Under the pieces are notes generated by a model. The model made no database searches and was not told the origin of the DNA. It saw nothing but the letters and a program-made list of their open reading frames with translations. Positions 16,970 to 27,618 of a DNA stretch of 58,890 nucleotides are shown in pieces (within the stretch, counting starts at the first letter, position 1; each line of letters starts with the position of its first letter). The position numbers and the translations under genes are program-made. The DNA is from a virus (taxonomy: Duplodnaviria > Caudoviricetes): positions 1 to 58,890 of IMG/VR virus record IMGVR_UViG_3300044606_000078; one strand, 5' to 3'.

Positions 16970-19900
16970 TCACCTGTAGTACGCGAACGCGCAGATGCCG
17001 ATGTTCAGGCATGTGCCGCCGCCGTAGACCGCCGATTTCACCTGTATCTGATACGTGCTCGTGCCGTTTATGGGAGCGTCGTCGATCATGTAGCCGTGTA
17101 GCGTCGTGTCGCTCATTGCCGACCCCATATCGACGGTTCCGTGTGGCCCGACAATCCGGGCGTAGGAGTATGAGCCGGTGCTTAATACGTGTGCGAACGC
17201 TATAACGAGCACCCGCCCCTTTGAATCAGTCGTGATCGGCACCACGCCGCCGGATGGTGCAACCCAGTCCGCCGTCAGCATGTATGAGCTGTTGGAATAC
17301 GCCTTGTTGCCCCACGACAGCCCGAACGTCGCGCCGCTCGCGACCTTGATGCGCCGTATCGTCAGGTCGTCGATCTTCGCGTTCTTTATCGCGCCGTCCT
17401 GTATGAACGCGTTCGCCATGCTGACCTTCGTTACCCCGTCCACGGTTCCGATGACGAACGGGTAATCTCGCGTTGCGCCCGGGCGACCGACGAGGAAGTT
17501 GTCAACGTGCAAAATCATCGACCCTTCGGACGGCCCGCCGATCAGTTCCCAACCGGTGATGTAGCCGTTCGAGTCGATACGCAACGCGTATTTCCCCTCG
17601 ATCCCGTCAACGCTTGACATGACCTGCTGGATTGATGTCGTATGCCCGTCAACCTTGGTCTGCAATGTCGTGACGTTGGACGCGAGCGCGGTATCTGCCG
17701 TCGCTCTTGCCGTCTGTTCCGTCTTGATAGCGGCATAGACCGTGTTCGCCGCCGGGTTTGTCGGGTTGCCTATGGATGCGCCGAGCGTCGTGATCTGCGT
17801 CGCAAGGGCAGTGTCCGCCGTCGCGCTCGTCGTCTTCGCGTCCTCTATCGCCGCGTAGACCGTTCCGGCGTCGGGATCGTTGGGATCGCCTATGACCGAG
17901 ACGATGTTATCGATGGACGTTGCAAGCGCCTCGTCCCGAGTCGCCCGCGCCGTGCGTTCCTCCGTAATCGCGGCATAGACCGTATCCGGTCCCGGATTCT
18001 CGGGATCTCCGAGCATCGCCGCTATCGTGGTGATCTGCGACGCGAGCGCCTCGTCCTCTTCCTCGCGGATGGTCTGCTCGGTCCTGATGAGCGCGTAGGA
18101 GTGCTTCCAGTCCTCGAAACCGCTGAAGGACTCCAAGAGCATGGCCTCCGCCTGAGCCTCGACCTTCCGGTCAACGAGGCTGGCGAACGTCGCATCCCGA
18201 TAGGACGAAATGGCCTCTTCGATTGCGGATTCCGCGATGGAGTCTATGCCTGTGTTCAGATCGTCCTCGATGCGCTGGAGGTATTCGGACTGTTCAAAGA
18301 GACGGTCTACGAAGTCTTGGTGCGATTCTTGATCCGAGTAGCCGTAGACCCCAGCTTCGGCGTTCCAAGGCCCCGCGTTGCCGCTCATGTCCACGGCGCG
18401 AGCCCAGTAGTATCGGCCTTGAAATGAACCAACGTATCTTTCAAACGACGTCCCTGCGACATCCGCGATCTTGACCGCGCCGCCCTCGCCGTCGCGCTGG
18501 TCTATCGTGTTCTCCCAGATCTCCGTATGGTGCCAGTCGGGATCAACCGGGTTGATCCAGTTGAGCCAGATGGAGCCGAACCACCCGAGAGCGGTCAAGC
18601 CAGTCACGGCCCCGGGCGGCGTCGTGTCCTTGCCTACGACGATTTGCGCCGATACGCCGGTTGTCTCTGCGCCGGATTTCATGCAGGTTATTTTTATCGT
18701 GTACGTCTGGTCCGTCTGGAGCCCGGAGATGTCGTACTGCGTGATGAGCGCGCCGGATTCCGTCGCGAGGACGAACGGCTCTTCGTCGCCCTCCGTTTCG
18801 GTGTTGTGCTGGTAGTAGACGCGGATCGAACTCGGCGTGAAGCTGCTCGGGTTCTGCCACTCGGCCCGGACTATCGGAACCCACGTCCCGTCGTCGTTGA
18901 CGTGCCCGACATCGGAGAGCGTCAGCCCGTATACGTCTTCGTGATTGACCGGCGTCACATCCGGCGTAATGACCGGCGTCACGTAGGCGTCGTTGTCGAA
19001 AACGTCCGGATCGTACTCGACGCAGGAACACTTGATCGTGTCGTCCCCGGCGTCCTCGATCTTCAGCACGCGGAATTTTTTGTTGCTCCAGCCGGTGAAG
19101 CTCGTGTAGCTGATCGCTATCACGTCTCCGGCGTCGATGTCCGCATCCTGGAGCGACAGCCCGAACGAGCAGAAGTTCCGAAGGAGCCGCCCGGTGTCGT
19201 AGAGGTATTGCCCGAGTCGTCCGACCTGCGACGCCCGCGTCACGCCCAAGAGCGTGAATTTCTGTTCGATGACGCCCCGGCGCGTCTGGTCCGCGACGTC
19301 CTCCACGGTCGGGAACGACGCTGAAACGCGCTCGTAACTGTTGTCGGGGTCCACCCATTCGATGACGACGCGGTTGCATACGTCCTCGTCAGGCTTCTGC
19401 CACCACGAGAACGAACCCTTGATGAAATTGTCCTCGTCGATCGACTTGTACGCCGCCGCGACGGGCATGTCGCAGTGGAGTTCGATCTTCTCCCGGCAGG
19501 AGAAGTACCCGTTGAACGTCGAGAGCATCGACTGGAGGTGATCGATGGCCGGCTGCTGCGTGTCGATGATGTAGTCGAGCGTGTAGCGGACTTCCTCGCC
19601 GTCCAGCGAATCGCAGTACGCCGCAACCGTCTCGAACGAATCGAGGTCGATGAGCCCCGTCGGGATTCCGACGCCGTATCGCGTGTTCGTCAGGAAGTCG
19701 TAGATGCACCACGCAGGGTTCCGGCTGTACATCGTCCCGGTCGGCGTCCAAACCTCGCGGCCTTCGACGATGGAAGTTATCGTCGGATTGCCGGAAAGGT
19801 CGTTGTCCGCCCGGAGCGTCAAGGCGATGTAGGCCGTGTTGCCGTAGTTCGTCGTCCCGTCCGGCTCCCGGGAGTCGACCGTCTGATCCGCCGTTCCGAG

Positions 19901-20320
19901 GTGGACGTTGTGGCTGCATTCCGGCTTATCAGACCGAACCCACGTTCCCGAGTCGTCGGTGAGCTGCACGTCGTTCGCGTAGATCTCTTTGATGGAGTGA
20001 ATCGGCCCCTCGCTGATCCCGACGAACATGTCCACCTTGGTCTGCGTGTTGTCGTAATACTGCTGAAGGAACACGTTCCCGGCGACTTTGCACTTGCCGT
20101 AGACGATGGGGACAGGAAGGAGCTGCGATTTCGTATTGGTAAGAGGTCCGAAGGCGTAGTTGGGGGTGCTGCCGATGTCGCCGAGGTCCACCTGATCGAA
20201 CAGGGAACCGATGGACGCGCCTATCATGATCGCGCCAAACACCGATGTGGCAAGCCCCCACGCGATGAAAGACCCTGAAAGAGCCCACCCGATAACCGCT
20301 CCGATTAGAGTATTCGGCAT
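16970..20320 (-). CDS. Tail tip / host-specificity protein (lambda J-like, FN3 domains)
   Basis: PVPIVYG, SEGPI, SRNPAWCIYDFLTN.RYG, FN3-like segment, ARATAD coiled repeats, DUF1983-like end. Confidence 0.9.
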   Translation of the reverse strand: MPNTLIGAVIGWALSGSFIAWGLATSVFGAIMIGASIGSLFDQVDLGDIGSTPNYAFGPLTNTKSQLLPVPIVYGKCKVAGNVFLQQYYDNTQTKVDMFVGISEGPIHSIKEIYANDVQLTDDSGTWVRSDKPECSHNVHLGTADQTVDSREPDGTTNYGNTAYIALTLRADNDLSGNPTITSIVEGREVWTPTGTMYSRNPAWCIYDFLTNTRYGVGIPTGLIDLDSFETVAAYCDSLDGEEVRYTLDYIIDTQQPAIDHLQSMLSTFNGYFSCREKIELHCDMPVAAAYKSIDEDNFIKGSFSWWQKPDEDVCNRVVIEWVDPDNSYERVSASFPTVEDVADQTRRGVIEQKFTLLGVTRASQVGRLGQYLYDTGRLLRNFCSFGLSLQDADIDAGDVIAISYTSFTGWSNKKFRVLKIEDAGDDTIKCSCVEYDPDVFDNDAYVTPVITPDVTPVNHEDVYGLTLSDVGHVNDDGTWVPIVRAEWQNPSSFTPSSIRVYYQHNTETEGDEEPFVLATESGALITQYDISGLQTDQTYTIKITCMKSGAETTGVSAQIVVGKDTTPPGAVTGLTALGWFGSIWLNWINPVDPDWHHTEIWENTIDQRDGEGGAVKIADVAGTSFERYVGSFQGRYYWARAVDMSGNAGPWNAEAGVYGYSDQESHQDFVDRLFEQSEYLQRIEDDLNTGIDSIAESAIEEAISSYRDATFASLVDRKVEAQAEAMLLESFSGFEDWKHSYALIRTEQTIREEEDEALASQITTIAAMLGDPENPGPDTVYAAITEERTARATRDEALATSIDNIVSVIGDPNDPDAGTVYAAIEDAKTTSATADTALATQITTLGASIGNPTNPAANTVYAAIKTEQTARATADTALASNVTTLQTKVDGHTTSIQQVMSSVDGIEGKYALRIDSNGYITGWELIGGPSEGSMILHVDNFLVGRPGATRDYPFVIGTVDGVTKVSMANAFIQDGAIKNAKIDDLTIRRIKVASGATFGLSWGNKAYSNSSYMLTADWVAPSGGVVPITTDSKGRVLVIAFAHVLSTGSYSYARIVGPHGTVDMGSAMSDTTLHGYMIDDAPINGTSTYQIQVKSAVYGGGTCLNIGICAFAYYR

Positions 20321-20718
20321 ACTCTCACCTCCCTTGCCGCGAAGTAGCCCCAAACCCTATTTCTATGAGCGTTTAGGCTTGTTATTATGCTTTTGTGTTT
20401 GGGATATATGTGCAATATCAAGTTGCGATCAATTATTGTCGCAATATGCTTATACCCGAATTTGTTTATTACAAATTCAAAAACAACGACTCCTCCGATA
20501 ACCGGCGCGTCGCATGTGGGCAATACTTGCGGAATCCATTGACATATCGCTGTTTCAAGATTTACGTCGCGCTCCGGGTTGTAGTCCCACGGGAACGAGA
20601 GTTCCCGCCCCCACAGCTCGCGTTGCGCGAGGAGCGCCAGTCCGACGCAATCGACGCCGTCGAACGAGCGCCCCCCAACGCGCCACGGGATACCGACGAA
20701 CGATTGAAGCGGCGTCAT
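20305..20718 (-). CDS. NlpC/P60 tail protein (gpK-like)
   Basis: VGIPW..GGRS.DGVDCVGL...HI...ILH. Confidence 0.85.
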   Translation of the reverse strand: MTPLQSFVGIPWRVGGRSFDGVDCVGLALLAQRELWGRELSFPWDYNPERDVNLETAICQWIPQVLPTCDAPVIGGVVVFEFVINKFGYKHIATIIDRNLILHIYPKHKSIITSLNAHRNRVWGYFAAREVRVCRIL

Positions 20719-21266
20719 GGCGTGCTCTTCACGTATGCGGTTCTGGGATCCTTGGAACTCGGAAGGTGCGGGAAGGCTTGCGGCCAGTACATCCGGCGCG
20801 GGCACTTGGTCTTGAGGGAAAAGTCCGTCGTCACCGTCGCTTCGAGCGCGTGCTCCGATATCACGCACGCCTGGATGTGCCCCCGGAATACAAGCTGCGC
20901 CCCGTCGGGCGACGAGAGCGTATTTGTGAATCCCCGAAGGACGTGGACCGTCGCGCCGTTGAGTTCTACCATCTTGGCAAGCTCCGAAAATCTCGTGTCC
21001 ACATTGTCAATGCGGAGCGTACAAGACCCTATTTCGTTTGATGTCGAAGCCTCGGCGTCCGAATAGGAAAGTCCGCAAGACAGGTAGGTTTTTGCCGCAT
21101 CGTTTTCGTCAAAAAAAACGACATTGGCAGGGGCGTCGGTAAAATAGTGTGAATATGTCGTAGACGGGGCGCTTCTATCTGGAATGTTGAGCACTCGGAC
21201 GAAGATGATGGGCGAAACTTCGGGCTTTGCGGCTTCCGCGTTGAAGGTGGCGGTTCCGCGAGGCAT
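20715..21266 (-). CDS. Minor tail protein (gpL/hub-like)
   Basis: Position in the tail module; L.IDNVD...F.G.I motif. Confidence 0.65.
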   Translation of the reverse strand: MPRGTATFNAEAAKPEVSPIIFVRVLNIPDRSAPSTTYSHYFTDAPANVVFFDENDAAKTYLSCGLSYSDAEASTSNEIGSCTLRIDNVDTRFSELAKMVELNGATVHVLRGFTNTLSSPDGAQLVFRGHIQACVISEHALEATVTTDFSLKTKCPRRMYWPQAFPHLPSSKDPRTAYVKSTP

Positions 21267-21598
21267 TACAGCACCTCCTCGAACTCTACGGTGAAAATCC
21301 CGTTCAATTTGAATTCCGTTTCCCAGTCCTGCTCGTCGTTCTTGAACCGGACCGTCTTTGACGTCCCGCTCCATGTATCAATCCACGTGAACGACTCGTA
21401 CGAACCCCTCCGCGCGACGAAAAACGCTCTGATCGCAGTCATTTCCGCCCACGTGGTCTTGAATTCGAGCGTCCAGACGCTCGGGAGCTGGTTCTTGTAC
21501 CGCTTCTGCTTCTTGCCGCTCTCGAACTCGCTTGTCAGGACATAGAACGAGTCCTTGACCTTCGGGTGGTAAAACGGCACCCACGAAAACGTAGCCAT
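21266..21598 (-). CDS. Distal tail protein (gpM/DUF2460-like)
   Basis: SEFESGKKQ.R...FFVARRG....F.W; directly after the tape measure gene. Confidence 0.75.
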   Translation of the reverse strand: MATFSWVPFYHPKVKDSFYVLTSEFESGKKQKRYKNQLPSVWTLEFKTTWAEMTAIRAFFVARRGSYESFTWIDTWSGTSKTVRFKNDEQDWETEFKLNGIFTVEFEEVL

Positions 21599-21601
21599 GC
21601 C

Positions 21602-24130
21602 CTACGCCCCCTGAATGGCCTTGCGGACGGCCCCGTTGCTTCTGATGTTGCTCACGATGACGCTGGAGATAGTCGCCTTCTGGGATTCGAGCGCGCGCTG
21701 GAAGGACTGAGAGTCGATGGCCTGAACGTTCATCGTGATGTTGTAGATGTCGCCGTTGCCCGCCCGGTTCGCCGCCGTTGCGGACGCGCCGGACGACATT
21801 GCGGGAGTCGCGTTGCGGGAAAGGGCTCCTGTCGATGTCGCAAGCCCCGGAATGGTGACCGGACTTGACGCCGCAGCCGTCTTGATCCCGAGGAAGCTGA
21901 ATATCGACTTGAGAAGAACGGCCTTGAGGAACGCGAAGGCGATGTCCCTTGCGAGCTGCTGCAACGCTTCGCCGAGATCGTTGGAGTACGCGATGGCTCC
22001 GGCGAAGGCCCCCGACAGTTCGTCGGGAACGGACGCGAGCTTGTCCTTGAGCGCGGTTTCGGCCTCTCTTACGAAAAGAGCGAGGTTTTTGGTGGCGAGG
22101 CCTATAGTGTTATCGAGTCCCTTGATCTTAAGGTCGATATCCGACACGACCATGGGGAAACCAGAGAACTGCGTTTTCAGCCCTTCGAGTCCCGCTCGGT
22201 ATTGATCCGCCGTGATGGACCCCTTCTCGAATTGCATGTTGAGCGCATCCATCGACGTGCCGGCAAGTTTCGATGCGAACTGTTGCAACGCTTCGTATGC
22301 CGCCCGTATTTCGGGAGGCCAGTTCCGCCAGTTGTTGGGATCAACGCCTATCGCCGCAAGCCCTGCCTTGAGGGTTGCGAGGTTCTTGACCATCATTTCG
22401 AGGTATTCGTTGTTGTCGAGAAGCCCTTGAGCGTTGCCCCACGCCGCGTTGTCCATGTAGCCCTTCGCCGCGTCGAGCATGACCTGCTGCCGTTCAAGCT
22501 CCGTCCCTACTCCCTTGCTCGCCTCGAACTGCGCCGCGTACGCCGTCGCAACCTCGTTCGCCTTGATCGCGATAGCCGTTTCGTCCGCGACCTTCCGCGC
22601 CGCGTCGTTCTTTATCTCCCGCTGTAAATCGACGATGGTCCGCCAGTCCTGCGACAGCGGCTTGAGCTTCGCCGCCCACGCGTCGAGAATCGGCAGGAAG
22701 GCCTTGCCGTCAGCGAAGAGGTATTTCATCTTGGCCTGGATGTTCTCTACGAGAAGTTCGGCGGCGGATTTGTTGGAGCTTTTTTTAATCGGAGCCAATT
22801 CGCTAGGCTTACTGTACCCCGTGATATTGCTCCCGCTCTGCCGGAATACGGCGGCCGTGTCGTATGCGGCAAGCTGCGCGGCGACGCTGAGCGCCAACGC
22901 CTCTTCCTTGAGCGCGGCGGTTTCTGTTCGCAACGCGGCCATTCTCGACTGGACCCCGGACAACTCGGAAGCGATCTTTTCCGCATAGCTGACGTTCCCG
23001 AGATTAAGGGCGTTCCTGAGTTCCGTTTGGAGTGCTTTCGACTCTTCTTCCAAGGACTTCATCTTGGATGCAGCCTTTGACAACGCATCGTCTGCCACCG
23101 GGTATTGATCCGCCAGATATACGAGCGCAGCCCCGGTTGCCGTGATACCCAGAGCGACTGGGTTTGAAATGCCGAAGAGCGCCGCGAATGCCCCGGTTAT
23201 TTTGTATGCGACAAGCGCCTTGAGTCCCGAGACGACCTTATCGACGTTCTCCGCTGCAACGCGGAACACACTACCTATGGTATTGCCAAGGGATTCAATG
23301 CTTTTCAGCGCGTCTATGGCCGCCTTTTGAACCTTTTGGATGAAGGTCTGGTAGTCGTTGCTTCCCATCCACTTGGTAAACTCGTCCCGAACTCGTTTGA
23401 GCATGTTCAGGAGCGCCGCAAAGGGTCCGTTGCTGTCGGCCGTCCCCATGACCTTCATTCGGATGAGTTCGAGCTGACCGAGGATCGTTTCCGTAACGCC
23501 GGAAAACGTATCGGCCCGCATCGCAAGCGCGTTCGGATAGTTGAGCTGCGTGATTTCGATGATTGCGGCGCGGATTGCGGCCATGTCGTCCTTGACGACG
23601 CGTCGGAATTGCCCGGACTGGATGACTGCTTCCTTCCCGTTGCGCCGGACGATGACGCCGAGCCGACGAAGCGCTTCCGTCTCGCCCGATATCATCGACG
23701 CGGCCACGTCGCGCATGTCGCGGTTCATGACACTGGCGAGGTTTGCTACGGCAAGCGTCGCTTCCTCCGCATTGGATACGGCAGCGGCCTTCATTTGAAC
23801 GAACGCGCCGATGGCCTCAGCCGTGGTTATGGGCGCTTCGGCAGCCCATGTGACCATTTTGCCGAAGACTTTATCCGCTTCCGACTGGTCCTTTATGACC
23901 GCCCGGAGCCGGACCCGGTAATTTTCCATTTCGGTGGCCGTGTCGAGGAAGGACTGTGCGACGTTTTTGATGGCATACGCGGTGAACACAGTCGCCATCA
24001 TTTTCTTGAGGCCCGACAGTGCTGATTGGAACTGGTTCGTCTTTTGCGTCATGCCGTGGACGGCCTTTTCAACGTCTTTACCTCCGCTTATTGCCTTGGT
24101 TGGATCAATGATGACGTCCAATATCGGCAT
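21602..24130 (-). CDS. Tape measure protein
   Basis: 842-aa Ala-rich helical protein following the chaperones. Confidence 0.9.
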   Translation of the reverse strand: MPILDVIIDPTKAISGGKDVEKAVHGMTQKTNQFQSALSGLKKMMATVFTAYAIKNVAQSFLDTATEMENYRVRLRAVIKDQSEADKVFGKMVTWAAEAPITTAEAIGAFVQMKAAAVSNAEEATLAVANLASVMNRDMRDVAASMISGETEALRRLGVIVRRNGKEAVIQSGQFRRVVKDDMAAIRAAIIEITQLNYPNALAMRADTFSGVTETILGQLELIRMKVMGTADSNGPFAALLNMLKRVRDEFTKWMGSNDYQTFIQKVQKAAIDALKSIESLGNTIGSVFRVAAENVDKVVSGLKALVAYKITGAFAALFGISNPVALGITATGAALVYLADQYPVADDALSKAASKMKSLEEESKALQTELRNALNLGNVSYAEKIASELSGVQSRMAALRTETAALKEEALALSVAAQLAAYDTAAVFRQSGSNITGYSKPSELAPIKKSSNKSAAELLVENIQAKMKYLFADGKAFLPILDAWAAKLKPLSQDWRTIVDLQREIKNDAARKVADETAIAIKANEVATAYAAQFEASKGVGTELERQQVMLDAAKGYMDNAAWGNAQGLLDNNEYLEMMVKNLATLKAGLAAIGVDPNNWRNWPPEIRAAYEALQQFASKLAGTSMDALNMQFEKGSITADQYRAGLEGLKTQFSGFPMVVSDIDLKIKGLDNTIGLATKNLALFVREAETALKDKLASVPDELSGAFAGAIAYSNDLGEALQQLARDIAFAFLKAVLLKSIFSFLGIKTAAASSPVTIPGLATSTGALSRNATPAMSSGASATAANRAGNGDIYNITMNVQAIDSQSFQRALESQKATISSVIVSNIRSNGAVRKAIQGA

Positions 24131-24131
24131 A

Positions 24132-24473
24132 TCAGCTGTCCCCTCCCTTCCTGTGATCGCGGATGTACTTCAGATAGGCGTCGTCGAGCCTCTGGACTAC
24201 GGTCAGAAGTTCCGCGCGCTCGTCCGGATCGTCGATTCCGACCAGTTCGCAGTACGCGAGAACGTCCGACAGCGCGATGGCGTTGACTTCCATCCCGACC
24301 TGACGGCCCGCGTTGAGCGTCAGGAAGGCCTGCCACAAAAAAACGCAGCGGGGCGCTATCTCCGGCTCCCTGTCGAGAGCCTTGACGTGCGTCCCGCGTG
24401 CTTCTATTTCTTCCAGGAAATCGCGACGCGCCCCCCATTCGAGATTCCAGAGAAGCGCGTCGGTCAGTTTTTT
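24132..24473 (-). CDS. Tail assembly chaperone, frameshifted gpGT-like C-terminal portion
   Basis: The -1 frame from slippery A-AAA-AAC (24473-24467) is open: KLTDALLWNLEWG...LWQAFLTLN...LDDAYL. Confidence 0.75.
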   Translation of the reverse strand, partial: KKLTDALLWNLEWGARRDFLEEIEARGTHVKALDREPEIAPRCVFLWQAFLTLNAGRQVGMEVNAIALSDVLAYCELVGIDDPDERAELLTVVQRLDDAYLKYIRDHRKGGDS

Positions 24474-24943
24474 ACGTCGTCCTCAAGGGATTCGATGCGG
24501 AAGTTGTCGATGTCCGCGACGAAGCCGCGAATGGCCTCGAAGATTCTGGGGTACTTTTGGAACACCGACGCCATGTATTCCGGCGTGTACGGGATCTCCT
24601 TGCCGTTCGCGTCCGTGAATCCGCGCCAGTCGAGTACGACCGTTTCGGCGTAGGTCTTACGCTCCGCTTCGCCCGAAGCCTCGATGTCTGAATCCAGATC
24701 CTCAGCGCTGATTTCGCGGATCTTGCCCTTGTGGATCTTCTTCAGGACGTCGCCCTTGGAAAGCTCCTTCCGAACCCTGCGAAGGAAATTCGGGTTCGCG
24801 GTCCCGGCTCCGGCGAGCTTGATCTCGGCAGGGTCCTTTTCGTCGACGAACCCCGGAACGTCCCTGAACACGTCGACGGCCTTGAACCAGTAGCCTTCCC
24901 GTTCCGCACGCGCCGGGGCTCCGAATGATTTCTCCAGATTCAT
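24464..24943 (-). CDS. Tail assembly chaperone (gpG-like)
   Basis: MNLEKSF...VLDWRG.TD.NGKEIPYT...DDVKN ends at the slippery site. Confidence 0.8.
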   Translation of the reverse strand: MNLEKSFGAPARAEREGYWFKAVDVFRDVPGFVDEKDPAEIKLAGAGTANPNFLRRVRKELSKGDVLKKIHKGKIREISAEDLDSDIEASGEAERKTYAETVVLDWRGFTDANGKEIPYTPEYMASVFQKYPRIFEAIRGFVADIDNFRIESLEDDVKN

Positions 24944-26190
24944 TACGCCACCGCCCTCGTGATGCTCAGCGTGCACTCCTCGCTTACGTCGTAGAGTCCG
25001 GCGAAGGTGAGCTTGCACATCATGTCCTGATCGTTCCCGCCCGATTCGGTGTTGGCCGTCTCGAACTTGAGGTTCGGAACGAGGAAGGTATACTTCTCGC
25101 CCGTCGTCCCGCCGATGGTGAACGTCAGGCTTGCGGCGGTTCCGGCGAGGAAGAGACTGTAGAGCGTCGTATCCTCGAAATAGACATCCATCGAGCCGGA
25201 CACCTCGAACCGCCCGTAGCCGATTCCGAGCGAATCGACGGAGCCCACGGCGTTGGCCGCACGGAGGTTGTTGTTGACCGAGAGTTCGATTCCCTGGATG
25301 TGCGGATTCGACACGCCGCCGACCGTGAGCGACGCGAAGTGAGCCGCCGCGTTCATGACGTCGTTGTCGTTCGGGTCGACGTACGTCGCGCCGGAGATGG
25401 CCGTCTGCGCCACGGAGCCGCCCTTGCCGATGAACGACATGGACCCGGTGACGATCTCCTTGGCCTTGACGGAGAGGGAGAATTCGTTGACTTCCATCCC
25501 GGTGTAGCGGAGGTATTCCGTCGTCGCGCCGCAGGGAACCTGCTTTTCGAGCGTGAAGCTCTTCGGCGTCGAACCGTTCTTGATGACCGTTCCGACCGCC
25601 GCGACGCCGACGGTGATCTGGTCCGCCGTTCCGTCGCTTGCCCATCCGGAGCCGACGACGTGCGTCACGGTCTTGAACGTCTTGGTCCCGCTCACGGTAA
25701 CGCCGGTGGCGCCGGGAATGATGTCTTCGGTGATCGCGTCGTCGCCGGAGTCGGTGCCGGTGATCGTGATGATTCCGGGAGTGTCGGCGCTCCCCGCCAC
25801 GGTCCGCGTGACGGTGATCTTCGCGGGCGATGCTGGCTGCGCGGCGACCGTGTAGACGCCGTTCACCATGTCCGTTGCGGTCACGATCTTGTCGGGGTCG
25901 GCGGCCGTCCCGCTTCCCCACGTGCTGTGCATCGCCGATTCGATGAAGTCGTCGAGCGTCCCGTAGGACAACTCGAAGTCGATCCCTCCGGACGCCCCGC
26001 CGCCGACCTGAATGAGGTCCGTCACGTTCCGGTCGAGCCGGGTTTCCGAGGATTTGACGTTCTCCCGCTCTATGGAGAGGCTGTCCCCCGTTTTCCGGAA
26101 AATCTTAAACGCCGGAGTCGCCGGAGTCGTGCCCCACGTCGCTTCGGCGATATGCGCGATCTGGATTGCCGAGGTGCTTGCAATCGTCAC
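24943..26190 (-). CDS. Major tail tube protein
   Basis: E.TWGTTP, SSETRLDRN, GGIDFELSY, SFTLEK, G...VSGS..VYF; extra Thr/Gly-rich internal domain. Confidence 0.85.
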   Translation of the reverse strand: MTIASTSAIQIAHIAEATWGTTPATPAFKIFRKTGDSLSIERENVKSSETRLDRNVTDLIQVGGGASGGIDFELSYGTLDDFIESAMHSTWGSGTAADPDKIVTATDMVNGVYTVAAQPASPAKITVTRTVAGSADTPGIITITGTDSGDDAITEDIIPGATGVTVSGTKTFKTVTHVVGSGWASDGTADQITVGVAAVGTVIKNGSTPKSFTLEKQVPCGATTEYLRYTGMEVNEFSLSVKAKEIVTGSMSFIGKGGSVAQTAISGATYVDPNDNDVMNAAAHFASLTVGGVSNPHIQGIELSVNNNLRAANAVGSVDSLGIGYGRFEVSGSMDVYFEDTTLYSLFLAGTAASLTFTIGGTTGEKYTFLVPNLKFETANTESGGNDQDMMCKLTFAGLYDVSEECTLSITRAVA

Positions 26191-26210
26191 GGGTGTTCCC
26201 CCTTTCGATA

Positions 26211-26246
26211 AAAAAAAGGGGAACCCCCGCGAAAGGGATTCCCCTT
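26211..26246 (-). terminator. Rho-independent terminator-like hairpin
   Basis: AAGGGGAATCCC...GGGTTCCCCTTTTTTTT on the minus strand. Confidence 0.6.
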
Positions 26247-26273
26247 GACTCTGCCGTTATTCGGTTGTCGCTG

Positions 26274-26738
26274 TTACATGAATTCGTCCCGCGTGAACGG
26301 GACCGTTACGTTGATCTGGCGCCAGCCGTCCACGAGCGAATAGCCTTTCTGTCCCGAGTTGGTCGTCACGGCTGAGACGTAGGCCGGTCTGAATCGGTAT
26401 CCGGCGAGCGTCAGTCCGGAGAACAGCGTTATGACGTTGTCGCCGAGCGCCCGCGCCGCCGATTCGCCCTGATGGAGCGGGACGAATATCTGAATCACGA
26501 CCATTCCGACGTGCCGAACGACGTTGTTTCCCGGAGCGCCTGCCGATATCTGCTGCGCCTCGCCGTTTACGACGTTGAACGCGACCCACGGAACGCCTGC
26601 CGTCGGCTCGTACGGTACGTTCGGCCAAGCGATGGGCGTCCGGGCTTCGTAAACGATGGGCGGTCCTGCACTCTTAACCTTGATCCATCCGATGTTGAAC
26701 GCTCCGGCGAGCGCGCTGTATTCCGATGCGTAGCTCAT
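26274..26738 (-). CDS. Tail terminator-like protein
   Basis: IAWPNV.YEP, G.V.IQIFVP, W.QINV.VPF. Confidence 0.75.
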   Translation of the reverse strand: MSYASEYSALAGAFNIGWIKVKSAGPPIVYEARTPIAWPNVPYEPTAGVPWVAFNVVNGEAQQISAGAPGNNVVRHVGMVVIQIFVPLHQGESAARALGDNVITLFSGLTLAGYRFRPAYVSAVTTNSGQKGYSLVDGWRQINVTVPFTRDEFM

Positions 26739-27238
26739 CTCTCGCGCGTCAGGAACGCCTTCACCTCCTCGATCGAGATGCCGAGCATGCCTTGCGGAGC
26801 CTGCGTGGAATATCCGTTGATGGTCTTACCCTCGCCGCCCTTCGGATTGAGCGGGTATCCGCCGTTTTCGAGGATCCCGGCATACGGAAGGTTGTTCGAC
26901 ACGTGGACCGGAACTCCGAACGCAAGGGACGCGAGCTTCTGCTGTCCCCTGGACATCGCCGACGGCGATACGCTCCCGTGCGCGTCGGTTTCATCGACGT
27001 CCACGATGCTTTCATCCGCCGCGCCTATGCCTACCATCCAGTTGGCGCGGAATCGGCCCGAATCGACCGGGCTTTTCATCATCGCTCGGCTGAAAACCTC
27101 AAGGACGATCTTCTTCACGAACGCGACGTGCGCCTGCGGTACGAGCTGTTCCGCCCACTGTCGGCACTCAAGAGAGAACTGGCGCTGCCCGACGGGACGA
27201 CCGTTCGGCATGAAACCGGGTGTTTTCGCTCTCGGCAT
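26735..27238 (-). CDS. HK97 gp10-like tail completion protein
   Basis: SPVDSGRFRANW, NNLPYA..LE.G, STQAP.GM. Confidence 0.85.
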   Translation of the reverse strand: MPRAKTPGFMPNGRPVGQRQFSLECRQWAEQLVPQAHVAFVKKIVLEVFSRAMMKSPVDSGRFRANWMVGIGAADESIVDVDETDAHGSVSPSAMSRGQQKLASLAFGVPVHVSNNLPYAGILENGGYPLNPKGGEGKTINGYSTQAPQGMLGISIEEVKAFLTRER

Positions 27239-27242
27239 GTCG

Positions 27243-27608
27243 TCACATCCTCGCCTGAATCTCGTACAGGACGACCGTAGCTCCGGGCGACAGCGGCTTC
27301 ACGTTGACGACGCTCCATACGTCGGCCCCAATGGTCAGGGTATCCTTGACTGTAGGCGCGACCGTCAGCCCGAGCGCCGATAGTAAAATCTTCCTGTCTC
27401 CTGCGAGGATGGATGTCCCGTTGACGAGTCCGTCCTTGTAGGTTTCGACGACGATCTGAACGGCGTGCGTCGTCGTGGTGGTAGTCGGCGATTCCCACGG
27501 GTTAGACGCCGGGACCGTCGCGTTGTGCGTCAGCGTCGCGGCCTGACCGAATTTCCGTATCAGCCTGTCGGCGGCGGACTGGGATGCGGCGTAGTCGAAA
27601 GACGACAT
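27243..27608 (-). CDS. Head closure protein
   Basis: RLIRKFG, NGTSILAGDRK, V.PL.PG...LY..Q.R. Confidence 0.75.
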   Translation of the reverse strand: MSSFDYAASQSAADRLIRKFGQAATLTHNATVPASNPWESPTTTTTTHAVQIVVETYKDGLVNGTSILAGDRKILLSALGLTVAPTVKDTLTIGADVWSVVNVKPLSPGATVVLYEIQARM

Positions 27609-27618
27609 GGCATGTCGC

